Notes: generated from the sequence alone by a model not told the origin. Counted from the stretch's first letter, positions 9,355 to 18,613 are shown. The stretch is DNA of 32,000 nucleotides from Psychrobacter sp. DM4 (GCF_051307035.1 NZ_CP195536.1:1740001-1772000); one strand, 5' to 3'. Program-made: numbers and translations.

Positions 9355-11199
9355 ATGAGCGACAAAAAAGACAGCCCAATTGTTGAAAGCACCGTTGTAA
9401 AAGGCAACGCTACAACTGAAAAAACGATCGATAAAAACGCTTCTGCTAGCAAAGACACCGCAAAAGCGAATGATTCGGGATTCAACTCTATTGCTGATCT
9501 CAAGCAAGCGACCGATATTGTTGACGCTGATGGCAAACCTGTAAACGATCAAGCCAAAAGCGACGACGCTGAGAAGAAAGCTAAAATCAAAGCCGATATA
9601 GCTCTCGAAAACGTTGAGGCTGAAGAAGCCAAATCAAAGGTAGCTTCATCTACTCAAAGCAAGGAAGCACCAAAGGCTAAGAGCGAATCTAAAGCTGACA
9701 CCAAATCAGAAGCTAAAGCAAGTAGTAAGCCTGATACTAAATCAGATAATAAATCTACTGCTAAGCCAAAAACTGAAGACAAAATGGGTAGCAAGGCTGA
9801 GTCAAAGCCAGCTGCTAACACCAAAAAAGACGACAAAGCTGTTGATACCAAAACGATTTCAGCTAGCAAACAGACAAGTGCTAAGCCTAAGAAAAAGTCC
9901 AATGCTACGTTAAGCTCTAATCAGCAACGCGTTGCGGTCATCGGTGGTAACCGTATCCCATTTGCACGCTCTAACGGTACTTATGCTGATGCTAGTAACA
10001 CTGACATGCTAACCGCTGCCTTGAACGGTTTGATCGAGCGTTTTGATTTGCAAGACGAAGTATTAGGCGAAGTCGTCGCAGGCGCAGTCATGAAACTTAG
10101 CCGCGATATTAACTTAACTCGCGAATCAGTACTCAATACTGCGTTGGATCCACACACGCCATCGTACGATATCTCGCAAGCTTGCGGTACTGGACTTCAA
10201 GCCACTTTTGCCTCAGCGAACAAAATTGCATTAGGTCTTATTGATTCTGCTATCGTTGGTGGTGTAGATACTACCTCAGACGCGCCTATCGCTATTGGTG
10301 ATGGTCTACGTAAAGTCATAATCAAATTGGGCGCCGCCAAAAACAATAAGCAGCGTCTAAAAGCACTTATGGGTCTCAACCCTAAAGACTTAATCGATGC
10401 GCCGCAAAATGGCGAGCCACGTACAGGTCTGTCTATGGGCGAGCATCAAGCGATTACTGCGCTTGAGTGGAACGTCAGCCGTGAAGCTCAAGATGAGCTG
10501 GCCTTTAACAGCCATCAGAACCTTGCTCGCGCTTATGACGACGGCTTCTTTGACGATCTACTCACCCCGTACAAAGGTCTGACTCGTGATAACAACTTGC
10601 GTCCGGATACTACTCTAGAAAAACTAGCTAAACTCAAACCTGTGTTTGGCAAAAGAAATGCTAATCCTACGATGACTGCTGCCAATTCTACGCCGCTGAC
10701 TGATGGTGCCTCTTGTGTACTACTTGCGAACGATGAGTGGGCAAAAGAGCATGGTCTAAAGACTTTGGCTTATATTGTCCATCAAGAGACTGCTGCGGTT
10801 GACTTCATTGGCAAATCTGGTACGACCGAAGGTTTGCTCATGGCACCAGCGTACGCCGTACCGCGTATGCTTGAGCGTGCTGGTCTTACCTTACAAGACT
10901 TCGACTTCTATGAGATTCATGAAGCCTTTGCCTCGCAAGTCCTCTCAACGCTAGCGGCTTGGGAAGATGAGAGCTTCTGTAAAGAGCGCTTGGGTCTGGA
11001 TGCGCCACTAGGTTCAATCGATCGCAGCAAGCTCAACGTTAATGGTTCATCGCTTGCCGCCGGTCATCCGTTTGCTGCAACCGGTGGTCGTATCTTGGCT
11101 ACTGCTGCTAAACTGCTCGATCAAAAAGGTTCAGGTCGCGTACTTATCTCTATCTGCGCCGCTGGCGGTCAAGGTGTAACTTGTATCTTAGAGAAGTAG
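9355..11199 (+). CDS. acetyl-CoA C-acyltransferase (thiolase, FadA2-like) with ~189-aa Lys/Ser/Ala/Thr/Asp-rich N-terminal extension
   Basis: The thiolase core runs from about residue 190 (QRVAVIGGNRIPFARSNG). It includes the active-site Cys region ISQACGTGLQA, GSSLAAGHPFAATGGR and the C-terminal ICAAGGQG. GAGGA lies 7 nt upstream of ATG 9355. Confidence 0.92.
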   Translation: MSDKKDSPIVESTVVKGNATTEKTIDKNASASKDTAKANDSGFNSIADLKQATDIVDADGKPVNDQAKSDDAEKKAKIKADIALENVEAEEAKSKVASSTQSKEAPKAKSESKADTKSEAKASSKPDTKSDNKSTAKPKTEDKMGSKAESKPAANTKKDDKAVDTKTISASKQTSAKPKKKSNATLSSNQQRVAVIGGNRIPFARSNGTYADASNTDMLTAALNGLIERFDLQDEVLGEVVAGAVMKLSRDINLTRESVLNTALDPHTPSYDISQACGTGLQATFASANKIALGLIDSAIVGGVDTTSDAPIAIGDGLRKVIIKLGAAKNNKQRLKALMGLNPKDLIDAPQNGEPRTGLSMGEHQAITALEWNVSREAQDELAFNSHQNLARAYDDGFFDDLLTPYKGLTRDNNLRPDTTLEKLAKLKPVFGKRNANPTMTAANSTPLTDGASCVLLANDEWAKEHGLKTLAYIVHQETAAVDFIGKSGTTEGLLMAPAYAVPRMLERAGLTLQDFDFYEIHEAFASQVLSTLAAWEDESFCKERLGLDAPLGSIDRSKLNVNGSSLAAGHPFAATGGRILATAAKLLDQKGSGRVLISICAAGGQGVTCILEK

Positions 11200-11294
11200 T
11201 CTGCAATAAGATACAAAGACTCGTAACGTACAGCGTAATTATCACTAAAGGTACTGATTGATCCGTTCAGCCAGTACAGACGCTTTCCTAAAAA

Positions 11295-11327
11295 CGCTCC
11301 TTAATTTATATTAAGGGGCGTTTTTTT
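11295..11327 (+). terminator. rho-independent terminator of the thiolase gene
   Basis: A 10-bp stem CGCTCCTTAA / TTAAGGGGCG (one G-U pair) with a 6-nt loop is followed by seven T. Confidence 0.85.
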
Positions 11328-11349
11328 GGATGCTATATTTGTCACAATA

Positions 11350-11370
11350 AAAAACCTATAATAGGTTTTT
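11350..11370 (+). promoter_or_regulatory. perfect 21-nt palindrome containing a TATAAT hexamer upstream of ppk2
   Basis: AAAAACCTATAATAGGTTTTT is self-complementary around the centre at 11360. TATAAT lies at 11357-11362, 43 nt before the ppk2 ATG. It could be a -10 element with an overlapping operator, or a second hairpin. Confidence 0.3.
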
Positions 11371-11404
11371 GCAGTCATTATTCAACTGATTAGAGGGGGA
11401 GTCT

Positions 11405-12484
11405 ATGGGTATATTACGCTCGCTATTGAATAAAATTAAACATACTATAGTTGGTCATGAGGAGGATATCGTGACAAAACCACTCTTAACGCGTCAGCCT
11501 CAACCCTTAACAGTACAACCGCACACGAATAAAAAAGTGTTAGAGCAGACGGCTATTACTCAACGCATTGATAAAGATGTCTTGAATGACGATCTACGGC
11601 GCAAGATGCATCAAGACTTAATTGACACTTATGATGAAGAGCTTGAAAACGAAATCGATGACTACATGCGCGATTTGCGATTTGATGGGCATGTGATGAG
11701 TAAGCAGGAAAAACTTGATAGGCAAACTTACTTTCAAGAATTGGTACGTTTGCAACGTGAGCTCATCAAATTACAAGATTGGGTCGTTGATAGCGGCGAG
11801 CGTATTGTGGTGGTGTTCGAGGGACGTGATTCTGCGGGTAAAGGCGGTGCGATTAAGCGCATTACTCAGCGCTTAAATCCACGGGTTTGTAGAGTCGCCG
11901 CCCTACCTGCACCCACTGAACGTGAGCAGACGCAGTGGTACTTTCAGCGCTATGTGGCGCACCTGCCAGCGGCTGGCGAGATTGTACTGTTTGATCGAAG
12001 CTGGTACAACCGTGGCGGCGTTGAGCATGTTATGGGGTTTTGTACAGATGCGCAGTACGAGGAGTTTTTTCAATCAGTACCTGAGTTTGAGCGTATGCTA
12101 GTGCGTTCAGGGATACGTCTGGTTAAGTATTGGTTTTCGATTACTGATGATGAACAACATTCACGATTTATGAGCCGTATCTATGATCCGCTCAAACAGT
12201 GGAAGCTCTCACCAATGGATTTACAGTCTCGTAGACGCTGGGAGGACTATACCAAAGCTAAAGAAACTATGTTTGAGCGTACCCATATACCAGAAGCGCC
12301 TTGGTGGGTCGTTGAAGGTAATAATAAAAAGCGCGCGCGGCTCAATTGTATTGCGCACTTATTAGATCAGATCCCCTACAAAGAAGTACCGCGTGAGGAG
12401 GTAGAGCTACCTGAGCGCAAACGCGATGATGAATATTACCGCGAGCCTATTCCTGATGATATGTACGTGCCACCGCGTTACTAA
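11405..12484 (+). CDS. ppk2: polyphosphate kinase 2
   Basis: 359 aa. PPK2 P-loop region VVVFEGRDSAGKGGAIKRITQRLNPRV is present, along with FDRSWYNRGGVEHVMGF and WWVVEGNNKKRARLN. A strong SD, GAGGGGGAG, lies 4 nt upstream of the ATG. Confidence 0.93.
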   Translation: MGILRSLLNKIKHTIVGHEEDIVTKPLLTRQPQPLTVQPHTNKKVLEQTAITQRIDKDVLNDDLRRKMHQDLIDTYDEELENEIDDYMRDLRFDGHVMSKQEKLDRQTYFQELVRLQRELIKLQDWVVDSGERIVVVFEGRDSAGKGGAIKRITQRLNPRVCRVAALPAPTEREQTQWYFQRYVAHLPAAGEIVLFDRSWYNRGGVEHVMGFCTDAQYEEFFQSVPEFERMLVRSGIRLVKYWFSITDDEQHSRFMSRIYDPLKQWKLSPMDLQSRRRWEDYTKAKETMFERTHIPEAPWWVVEGNNKKRARLNCIAHLLDQIPYKEVPREEVELPERKRDDEYYREPIPDDMYVPPRY

Positions 12485-12509
12485 GCATAGCAAAAGCGGT
12501 TGAAGCGCT

Positions 12510-12857
12510 CTACATTGTATAAGTCGACTGCAGGCTATCGATCTTGCCTGCTAACAAGCGCTCAATCTCGTTCTTGATTCTTTGTCCTGCAGCGTCCGAA
12601 CCGATTTGTACCGCAAATCCAGAAGGACGATTGGCTTGCGCTTTTGAATTGATCCAAACCACTTTGCCGTTCATCGGCAAGCGCTCACTCGAATTGGGCA
12701 AAGTTACCGCAATGAATACCTCGTCGCCCAATTGCTGAACACGATTTGAGGGCACAAATAGAGCGCCATTACTGACAAAGGACAAATAGCTGGCATATAG
12801 CGTCGCTATGTCTTCGATATGACAAGTCAAAATACCGCCGCGTCCAGGCATAGCCAT
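12510..12857 (-). CDS. pilZ: type IV pilus assembly protein PilZ
   Basis: 115 aa. It is collinear with Pseudomonas PilZ (GDEVF...LP...GKVVWI...IERLLAG...TM). It sits immediately downstream of holB, the conserved holB-pilZ arrangement. Confidence 0.85.
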   Translation of the reverse strand: MAMPGRGGILTCHIEDIATLYASYLSFVSNGALFVPSNRVQQLGDEVFIAVTLPNSSERLPMNGKVVWINSKAQANRPSGFAVQIGSDAAGQRIKNEIERLLAGKIDSLQSTYTM

Positions 12858-12931
12858 CCTAAGCTCCTCAGATATAGTAATCGTAAATAATATTAACGGT
12901 AAACAGCGTGCACATTAAAGTAATGCTTAAG

Positions 12932-14050
12932 TTATAACTGTGCAAGATCTTGCATCAGCTTATCATAAGCGAATTTTTCTTGCACGTTCTGATGTAGCGA
13001 CACCTTGATACCTTGTAGGCTGAGCGTTAGACTATTAAGCGCACTGTCAGAAGGCTGATACTTTGCAAGCGGCGCTGACATATCAACATCTCGTTGCATA
13101 CTCTCAAGTCCAAGACTGATGCGGCGTATATCGAGTAGCATGAGCTCTGATAGTTTAATAAATTCGGTAATACTTAACTGAGACTGCCAATAGTCGCTCG
13201 CCGCTATGCTGCTACGCTTGCCTACGCGTAGTGCTTGCCATGTCGTCATCCATAATGTGCGTTTATTATACCAAGGCGCTTGCGCCAAACTGATCGCTGC
13301 AATTGGTGCGCCATTCGCCAATTGTAATAATTGCGTTATGGCACTAGGACCAACCGCTTCACGATTAATCGTGCTACCCAACTTGTCAGTGACATAATCA
13401 TGAGCGATTTTGTGATCTATAGTTTGTAATGGCAATTGTTGCACGCGGCTTTTGATCGTTGGTAGTAGCTGCGCTGGCACATCACTAATCAAAATAAGAT
13501 GTACCTGAGATTGCGGCTCTTCTAAAGTTTTGAGGAGCGCATTGGCCGCTGCAATCGTCATCTGCTCGGCATGATCTAAAACGCAGATACGCATGCCCTG
13601 CCCACCCTGATAAATGAAAGGTTGCATAGCACGAATATCATCGACTTTTATCTTGAGAGTTGCTTTACTAGCTGCTTTGGCAGATTTGCTACTTTTGGCT
13701 TTGCTCTCTTGTTGGCTATGATCAGCGCTCACTGGCAAACTTGCGGTAGGTAGTACTTGTAAGCTTGGGTGCGTGCCAGATCGTAGCCATTGGCAACTCT
13801 TGCACTGACCACATGCCCCTGACGGGTGACTACGCTGCTCGTAACAAAGTAACCAAGCCACTAAACGCCAAACAAAAGCGCGTTTGCCCATACCTTGCAT
13901 ACCTGCGGCTAGTAACGCAGGTGGTAGGTGATTAGGCGGGGTTAATGCACGCTCTGTCAGCTGTGCCCACAATCCTTGTTGCCAAGGCAATAGTGGCGCA
14001 AAGTAAATAGCGTCTGTAGATGCTGTCGTATCTGTCATAGTTATTGCCAT
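12932..14050 (-). CDS. holB: DNA polymerase III subunit delta'
   Basis: 372 aa. It has GMGKRAF, the Zn module CGQCKSCQWLRSGTHPSL and LLPTIKSRVQQL (the SRC-motif position). A ~30-aa Ser/Lys/Ala-rich insert follows the Zn module. Confidence 0.9.
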   Translation of the reverse strand: MAITMTDTTASTDAIYFAPLLPWQQGLWAQLTERALTPPNHLPPALLAAGMQGMGKRAFVWRLVAWLLCYEQRSHPSGACGQCKSCQWLRSGTHPSLQVLPTASLPVSADHSQQESKAKSSKSAKAASKATLKIKVDDIRAMQPFIYQGGQGMRICVLDHAEQMTIAAANALLKTLEEPQSQVHLILISDVPAQLLPTIKSRVQQLPLQTIDHKIAHDYVTDKLGSTINREAVGPSAITQLLQLANGAPIAAISLAQAPWYNKRTLWMTTWQALRVGKRSSIAASDYWQSQLSITEFIKLSELMLLDIRRISLGLESMQRDVDMSAPLAKYQPSDSALNSLTLSLQGIKVSLHQNVQEKFAYDKLMQDLAQL

Positions 14051-14122
14051 ACCTTACCGCTTAGTACATCGCTTAAATATCAGAACCCTGCTCGTATTAC
14101 TTAGACCATTTCTAATTGTGTT

Positions 14123-14965
14123 TTATAAAGTAGTATTTTGAAATTCACTTAAACTCATAGCATTTAGACGATCTAGATCGTCTTGAGTATCTACGCCTGC
14201 TGGCAGCTGAATATTGGCCTCAGCGATAGCAATACTCCCCCCATTCTCCAAGATGCGTAGCTGCTCTAAACTCTCAAGTCTCTCAAGCGGGGTCTGCGGC
14301 CAGCTTATGAATTGCTGTAATAATTTAACGCGGTACGCATAGAGACCTAAATGACGGTATGCCTCTTTGGGCGCTGATCTGTTTGAGCGGCTACTGTCAC
14401 TTAAACCTGTCAGACTACTATCTGCTAGGACCAAGTCACGATCGCACGGAATAGGTGCGCGGCTAAAATAAAGTGCGCGCTGCTGCTCACCATGGGTATG
14501 ACTGACCACTTTGACGACAGAAGGCCTTGCAAAAGTCTCGTAGTCCTCAATAGGCTCATATAAGGTTGCCATAACGCTGTCATCGTCCGCCACTAGCAAA
14601 TTTTTGACTTGCTCTAATAACAGCGGCGGCACTAACGGCTCATCCCCTTGCATATTAATAACAATATCCTGAGCCGCCCAGCCTTTTATTTTAGCAACTT
14701 CAGCTAAGCGATCTGTACCTGACACATGGTTAGCATTGGTCATTACTACTTCAAACCCAGCTTTGGTACACACGGCCGCGATACGCTCGTCATCAGTTGC
14801 AATACACATATCATCGGCAAAATGAGCGGATCTTGCCTTTTGCGCGACCCATAATATCATGGGGATGCCATGTATCATGAGTAACGGTTTACCAGGCAAG
14901 CGCGTGCTTTTGTAACGTGCTGGAATGACGATATGAGTTTTGGCAGATGATGAGTGAATGGACAT
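14123..14965 (-). CDS. kdsB: 3-deoxy-manno-octulosonate cytidylyltransferase (CMP-KDO synthetase)
   Basis: 280 aa. The N-terminal VIPARYKSTRLPGKPL motif, GTDRLAEV and NMQGDEPL are present. Confidence 0.95.
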   Translation of the reverse strand: MSIHSSSAKTHIVIPARYKSTRLPGKPLLMIHGIPMILWVAQKARSAHFADDMCIATDDERIAAVCTKAGFEVVMTNANHVSGTDRLAEVAKIKGWAAQDIVINMQGDEPLVPPLLLEQVKNLLVADDDSVMATLYEPIEDYETFARPSVVKVVSHTHGEQQRALYFSRAPIPCDRDLVLADSSLTGLSDSSRSNRSAPKEAYRHLGLYAYRVKLLQQFISWPQTPLERLESLEQLRILENGGSIAIAEANIQLPAGVDTQDDLDRLNAMSLSEFQNTTL

Positions 14966-15048
14966 AAACGGCTCCTACGGTATAGCTTGGCAATCATAAA
15001 GTTGGCAGGTAACGCCCTTATAATCAATAGTACAGCAGTTAAACGATA

Positions 15049-16137
15049 TCATCTGCTATCCTTGGCATATATATTCAAGGCTTGTAATTGTCGTTGTAAT
15101 GCTTGATAACAGCTATCAGATAATACTGCGCTTACGGGTAATACCCATAGTCTATCGATAATCTCTTGATACTCAGCACTCAGATTTTGCTCTTGCATAA
15201 GTAACGCTCGTATCTTAACCGCATCTTTGCTAGTAACGATAATAGGATACTCTTGATACTGGAGTAGCTCTGTGAGACTAAAATTATAATGATCAGGATA
15301 AGGATGTTCGACAACCTTGAACCCTAGAGTCTTTAGCGTCTCAAAAAATCGTCTGGGATAGCCGATACCACTGACCGCATGCACTTGGCTACTGGATTTA
15401 ATATTATCCTTGGCATCGGGTGCAGCGCTATGTGCTGTGTCTTCACACTGCCATAAGCGCTCTAACTTATTAGGTGACAAACTCATAGTTAGTAATGAGG
15501 ACGCAGCCAAAGTCTCTGTCTCATCTGGCCTTTTATGGTGCACAACGCAAGCGTCTTGCAAGCGTGACATCGGCTCACGTAAAAACCCCGTCGGCAGTAG
15601 CTGTCCGTTACCAAACCCGCGGCTGCTATCGACAACTATCCATTCAATATTGCGCTCTAACGCATAATGCTGCAAGCCGTCATCTGCGATAATCAGCTGT
15701 AGCTCTGGGTGCGCTGCGAGTAGAGTCTCAATCGCTTGTTGACGATTGGGACAGACGCTCATGGCAACACGCGTTGTACCTACGATCAAACAAGGCTCAT
15801 CGCCAACTTCGCTTGGGAGACTGCTTGCTTCAACCAGCGCTGGCATCAGGCTACTATCACCGCCATAACCACGGCTAATAACACCGACTTTTATTTGCTG
15901 CCGCTGTAAATGCTCAACCAAAGCAATAATTAAGGGGGTTTTACCACTACCACCTACGGTGATATTTCCGATCACCATGATGGGAATGGGCGCACGGAAA
16001 CTGCTGAATATACCTAGCTTATAGGCTTGGCGGCGTAGCAACGTAAGCAAACCATACAGCCAACTTAGTGGCAGTAATAGCCAAAGCCAAGGCGCTTGTC
16101 TTTGCCAAGCCTCGGTCATTGTCTTGTCTACGTTCAT
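15049..16137 (-). CDS. lpxK: tetraacyldisaccharide 4'-kinase
   Basis: 362 aa. It has an N-terminal membrane helix (WLWLLLPLSWLYG) and the P-loop GNITVGGSGKTP. It lies between msbA and kdsB. Confidence 0.93.
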   Translation of the reverse strand: MNVDKTMTEAWQRQAPWLWLLLPLSWLYGLLTLLRRQAYKLGIFSSFRAPIPIMVIGNITVGGSGKTPLIIALVEHLQRQQIKVGVISRGYGGDSSLMPALVEASSLPSEVGDEPCLIVGTTRVAMSVCPNRQQAIETLLAAHPELQLIIADDGLQHYALERNIEWIVVDSSRGFGNGQLLPTGFLREPMSRLQDACVVHHKRPDETETLAASSLLTMSLSPNKLERLWQCEDTAHSAAPDAKDNIKSSSQVHAVSGIGYPRRFFETLKTLGFKVVEHPYPDHYNFSLTELLQYQEYPIIVTSKDAVKIRALLMQEQNLSAEYQEIIDRLWVLPVSAVLSDSCYQALQRQLQALNIYAKDSR

Positions 16138-16234
16138 AAAGCTACCATCTACCTATCAATACTGTGGACGTTACCAATACTAAGAACCATTTTTAATCAA
16201 AGTTATGACGTGTTCTAGTAATTTACCGTTACGG

Positions 16235-18031
16235 TTATTCAAAATCTCGCTCATACATCTGTGCGTAATGTCCTTGTAGAGTCATCAGCTCACTATGAGT
16301 GCCTAGCTCTACGATTACGCCTTTGTCCATCACTGCGATACGATCAGCGGACTCAATAGTTGTAAGTCTGTGAGCAATGACTAAAGTAGTGCGGTTTTTC
16401 ATGACATTATCAAGCGCTTGCTGAATATAGTACTCTGACTCATTATCGAGCGCACTTGTTGCCTCATCCAATATCAATATTGGCGCGTTTTTGAGCAGAG
16501 CGCGTGCAATTGATAAGCGCTGACGTTGACCACCAGATAGCTGTAGACCTTCAGCGCCAATCTCGCTCTGATACCCCTTTGGCATCGCCATAATAAAGTC
16601 ATGAGCAAAGGCATCTTTTGCAGCTCTTTCGACCTCAGATTGTTTTTTATTGGCCAGACTACCATAAGCAATATTGTTTAATACCGTCGTATTGAACAGC
16701 ACCACTTGCTGATTAACGATAGCGATCTGCGCGCGCAAGCTCTCAAGCGTGATGTCTTCAATGGCCATACCATCCATCGTGATCTGACCTGAAGACGTCG
16801 TCAAGGTACGCGTCAGCAGATTCACCAGTGAGGATTTACCAGCGCCGCTACGTCCTACTAGCGCGACAGTCTCACCTGACTTAATGTCTAGGCTGAAATT
16901 GGTCAGCGCCGTCGTTGAGTCAGGGTACACTAGACCCACTTTATCTAGACGTATGTCACCTGATAGCTTTGGATTAAGGCTGCCAGTATCAGCCTCTTCT
17001 GGTTCATCAAGTAATGCAAATATAGATTCGCCTGCAGCGATACCTTTTTGCAATTTTTGATTGACGTCGGTCAAAGAGCGCACAGGCTTACTGAGGAGTC
17101 CGGCCGCTGCAATGTAGGATATAAACTCGCCTGCTGAAAAGTTACTAATGACCTGAGGACGTAATGCCAGCCAGACGACAACTGACATCGCCATCGCCAT
17201 TAGAAGCTGAACCGCAGGGGTATTAATACTGTTAGTGACGACTATTTTCATGCCCTGGCGTAAATTTTTGAGGGAGGTTGCATTAAAGCGTTTTGCCTCA
17301 TAGCTTTGACCGCCGTAGTTTTTGACCACATGATAGCCGCTAATGACCTCGTTAGTGATGTGACTGACCTCACCCATGGTCTGCTGTATACCCTTAGATA
17401 GCTTGAGGTAGCGCTTAGATGCTATTCGAATCAGCCACAAAATTGGCGGTAGCACTAAAAATAAAATTAACGTCAGACGCCAATTGCTATAAAGCAAAAA
17501 CCCCATTAAGGCGACAACGGTAAGGCCATCACGCAACAAAGTTTTAAGGGAGTCCGTACTTGCCGCTGTTACTTGCTCAACATCGAAGATAAGCTTGGAG
17601 GATATCGTACCAGCTGGGTTTGCCAAATAGAACGAGCTTGGCAAACGTAGCAGTTTATTGAATACCTGTACGCGTAGCTCATATACCAAGTTTCGCGATA
17701 CCAAAGCTGTGTAATAGTTACCTAAAAAGCTACCAATACCGCGTATCAAAAATAACAAGATAATCAATAGGGGAAATAAGTTCTGTTTGGCCTGATCGCC
17801 TTGATTGATAGCGTCAGTGATATATTGCAAAAGTTTAGCAATCCAAATCTCAGTACCCGCATTAATAGCGAAACCCAACACCGTTAGCGAAAGCGCCCAC
17901 CAGTAAGGTTTTAGATACCGAAGCAGACGCAATAATGTTTTGTGTTTGGGAATACTAGTGCGCTCATTCGCCAAAGCGACATGCTCTTTGGGATGTGTTT
18001 TTTTATTATTAGCTTTAAAAGCTTGGCTCAT
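16235..18031 (-). CDS. msbA: lipid A export ATP-binding/permease protein MsbA
   Basis: Six-TM domain plus an ABC domain with Walker A GRSGAGKSS, signature LSGGQRQR and Walker B ILILDEATSALD. The ORF is open to GTG 18064. ATG 18031 (MSQAFK...) has GAGG 6 nt upstream and is preferred. Confidence 0.94.
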   Translation of the reverse strand: MSQAFKANNKKTHPKEHVALANERTSIPKHKTLLRLLRYLKPYWWALSLTVLGFAINAGTEIWIAKLLQYITDAINQGDQAKQNLFPLLIILLFLIRGIGSFLGNYYTALVSRNLVYELRVQVFNKLLRLPSSFYLANPAGTISSKLIFDVEQVTAASTDSLKTLLRDGLTVVALMGFLLYSNWRLTLILFLVLPPILWLIRIASKRYLKLSKGIQQTMGEVSHITNEVISGYHVVKNYGGQSYEAKRFNATSLKNLRQGMKIVVTNSINTPAVQLLMAMAMSVVVWLALRPQVISNFSAGEFISYIAAAGLLSKPVRSLTDVNQKLQKGIAAGESIFALLDEPEEADTGSLNPKLSGDIRLDKVGLVYPDSTTALTNFSLDIKSGETVALVGRSGAGKSSLVNLLTRTLTTSSGQITMDGMAIEDITLESLRAQIAIVNQQVVLFNTTVLNNIAYGSLANKKQSEVERAAKDAFAHDFIMAMPKGYQSEIGAEGLQLSGGQRQRLSIARALLKNAPILILDEATSALDNESEYYIQQALDNVMKNRTTLVIAHRLTTIESADRIAVMDKGVIVELGTHSELMTLQGHYAQMYERDFE

Positions 18032-18150
18032 AAAAGCCTCAGTTTTGGTATGGATAGGTATCACACTTATAAAATAAGAATGACTTAATGATAAAAATAG
18101 TAATCAAAACATCTAGGGCATTTTCAGATAGGACATGGTCAAAGCACATA

Positions 18151-18582
18151 TTATTGCGACATTGGCTGACCTAGTGGGACAACTGTGCTGATATTCAAAT
18201 TTAAAAATCCAAGCTTGCCTGCGACATCCATGACTCTAACGACAGATTGATGCGTTGCATTGCCATCTGCGGCTATCACAAATAGCAAATCACGATTACT
18301 GCCCGCTTCTTGCTGTACCATACTCATCAGCTCAGCCTCGCTGCTATTGGCAAGGCTTATGCCATTGACCAAATAACTGCCATCCTCTTGGACTGCGACC
18401 TCAATCGTATCTTTTTGCTCAGCTTGCGCTACTCCTTCAGCTTCTGGTAGCACTAGGTTTAGGCGGCTATAGTGATTGAATGAGGTTGCTAAGAGCAAGA
18501 ATACAATTAGAAACAGCAAGCAATCTATCATAGGCGTTAAGTTAATGTCGAGTGGCTCAACAGTAGGTTTTCTAAAACGCAT
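18151..18582 (-). CDS. exbD: ExbD/TolR family biopolymer transport protein
   Basis: 143 aa. It has a single N-terminal TM (INLTPMIDCLLFLIVFLLL) and a periplasmic ExbD-like domain. It lies 31 nt downstream of the exbB-like gene. Confidence 0.88.
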   Translation of the reverse strand: MRFRKPTVEPLDINLTPMIDCLLFLIVFLLLATSFNHYSRLNLVLPEAEGVAQAEQKDTIEVAVQEDGSYLVNGISLANSSEAELMSMVQQEAGSNRDLLFVIAADGNATHQSVVRVMDVAGKLGFLNLNISTVVPLGQPMSQ

Positions 18583-18613
18583 AATGATCTCAGCTTCTTG
18601 GAATAGTCTCTAA

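Noticed and set aside
9784-9786. Internal ATG (codon 144) as the true thiolase start, which would make the low-complexity region mostly untranslated
   Set aside because: It has no SD, whereas ATG 9355 has GAGGA at ideal spacing. The frame stays open for 189 codons in AT-rich DNA. It would still leave about 45 extra residues. I keep it as a caveat in the finding.
18032-18064. Longest-ORF starts for msbA (GTG 18064), parB (GTG 20607) and aceF (ATG 31242)
   Set aside because: In each case a downstream ATG has a better-placed SD and gives an N-terminus matching canonical homologues (MSQAF..., MAKKRGLA..., MDIKAPDLG). The longer forms cannot be excluded without experimental data.
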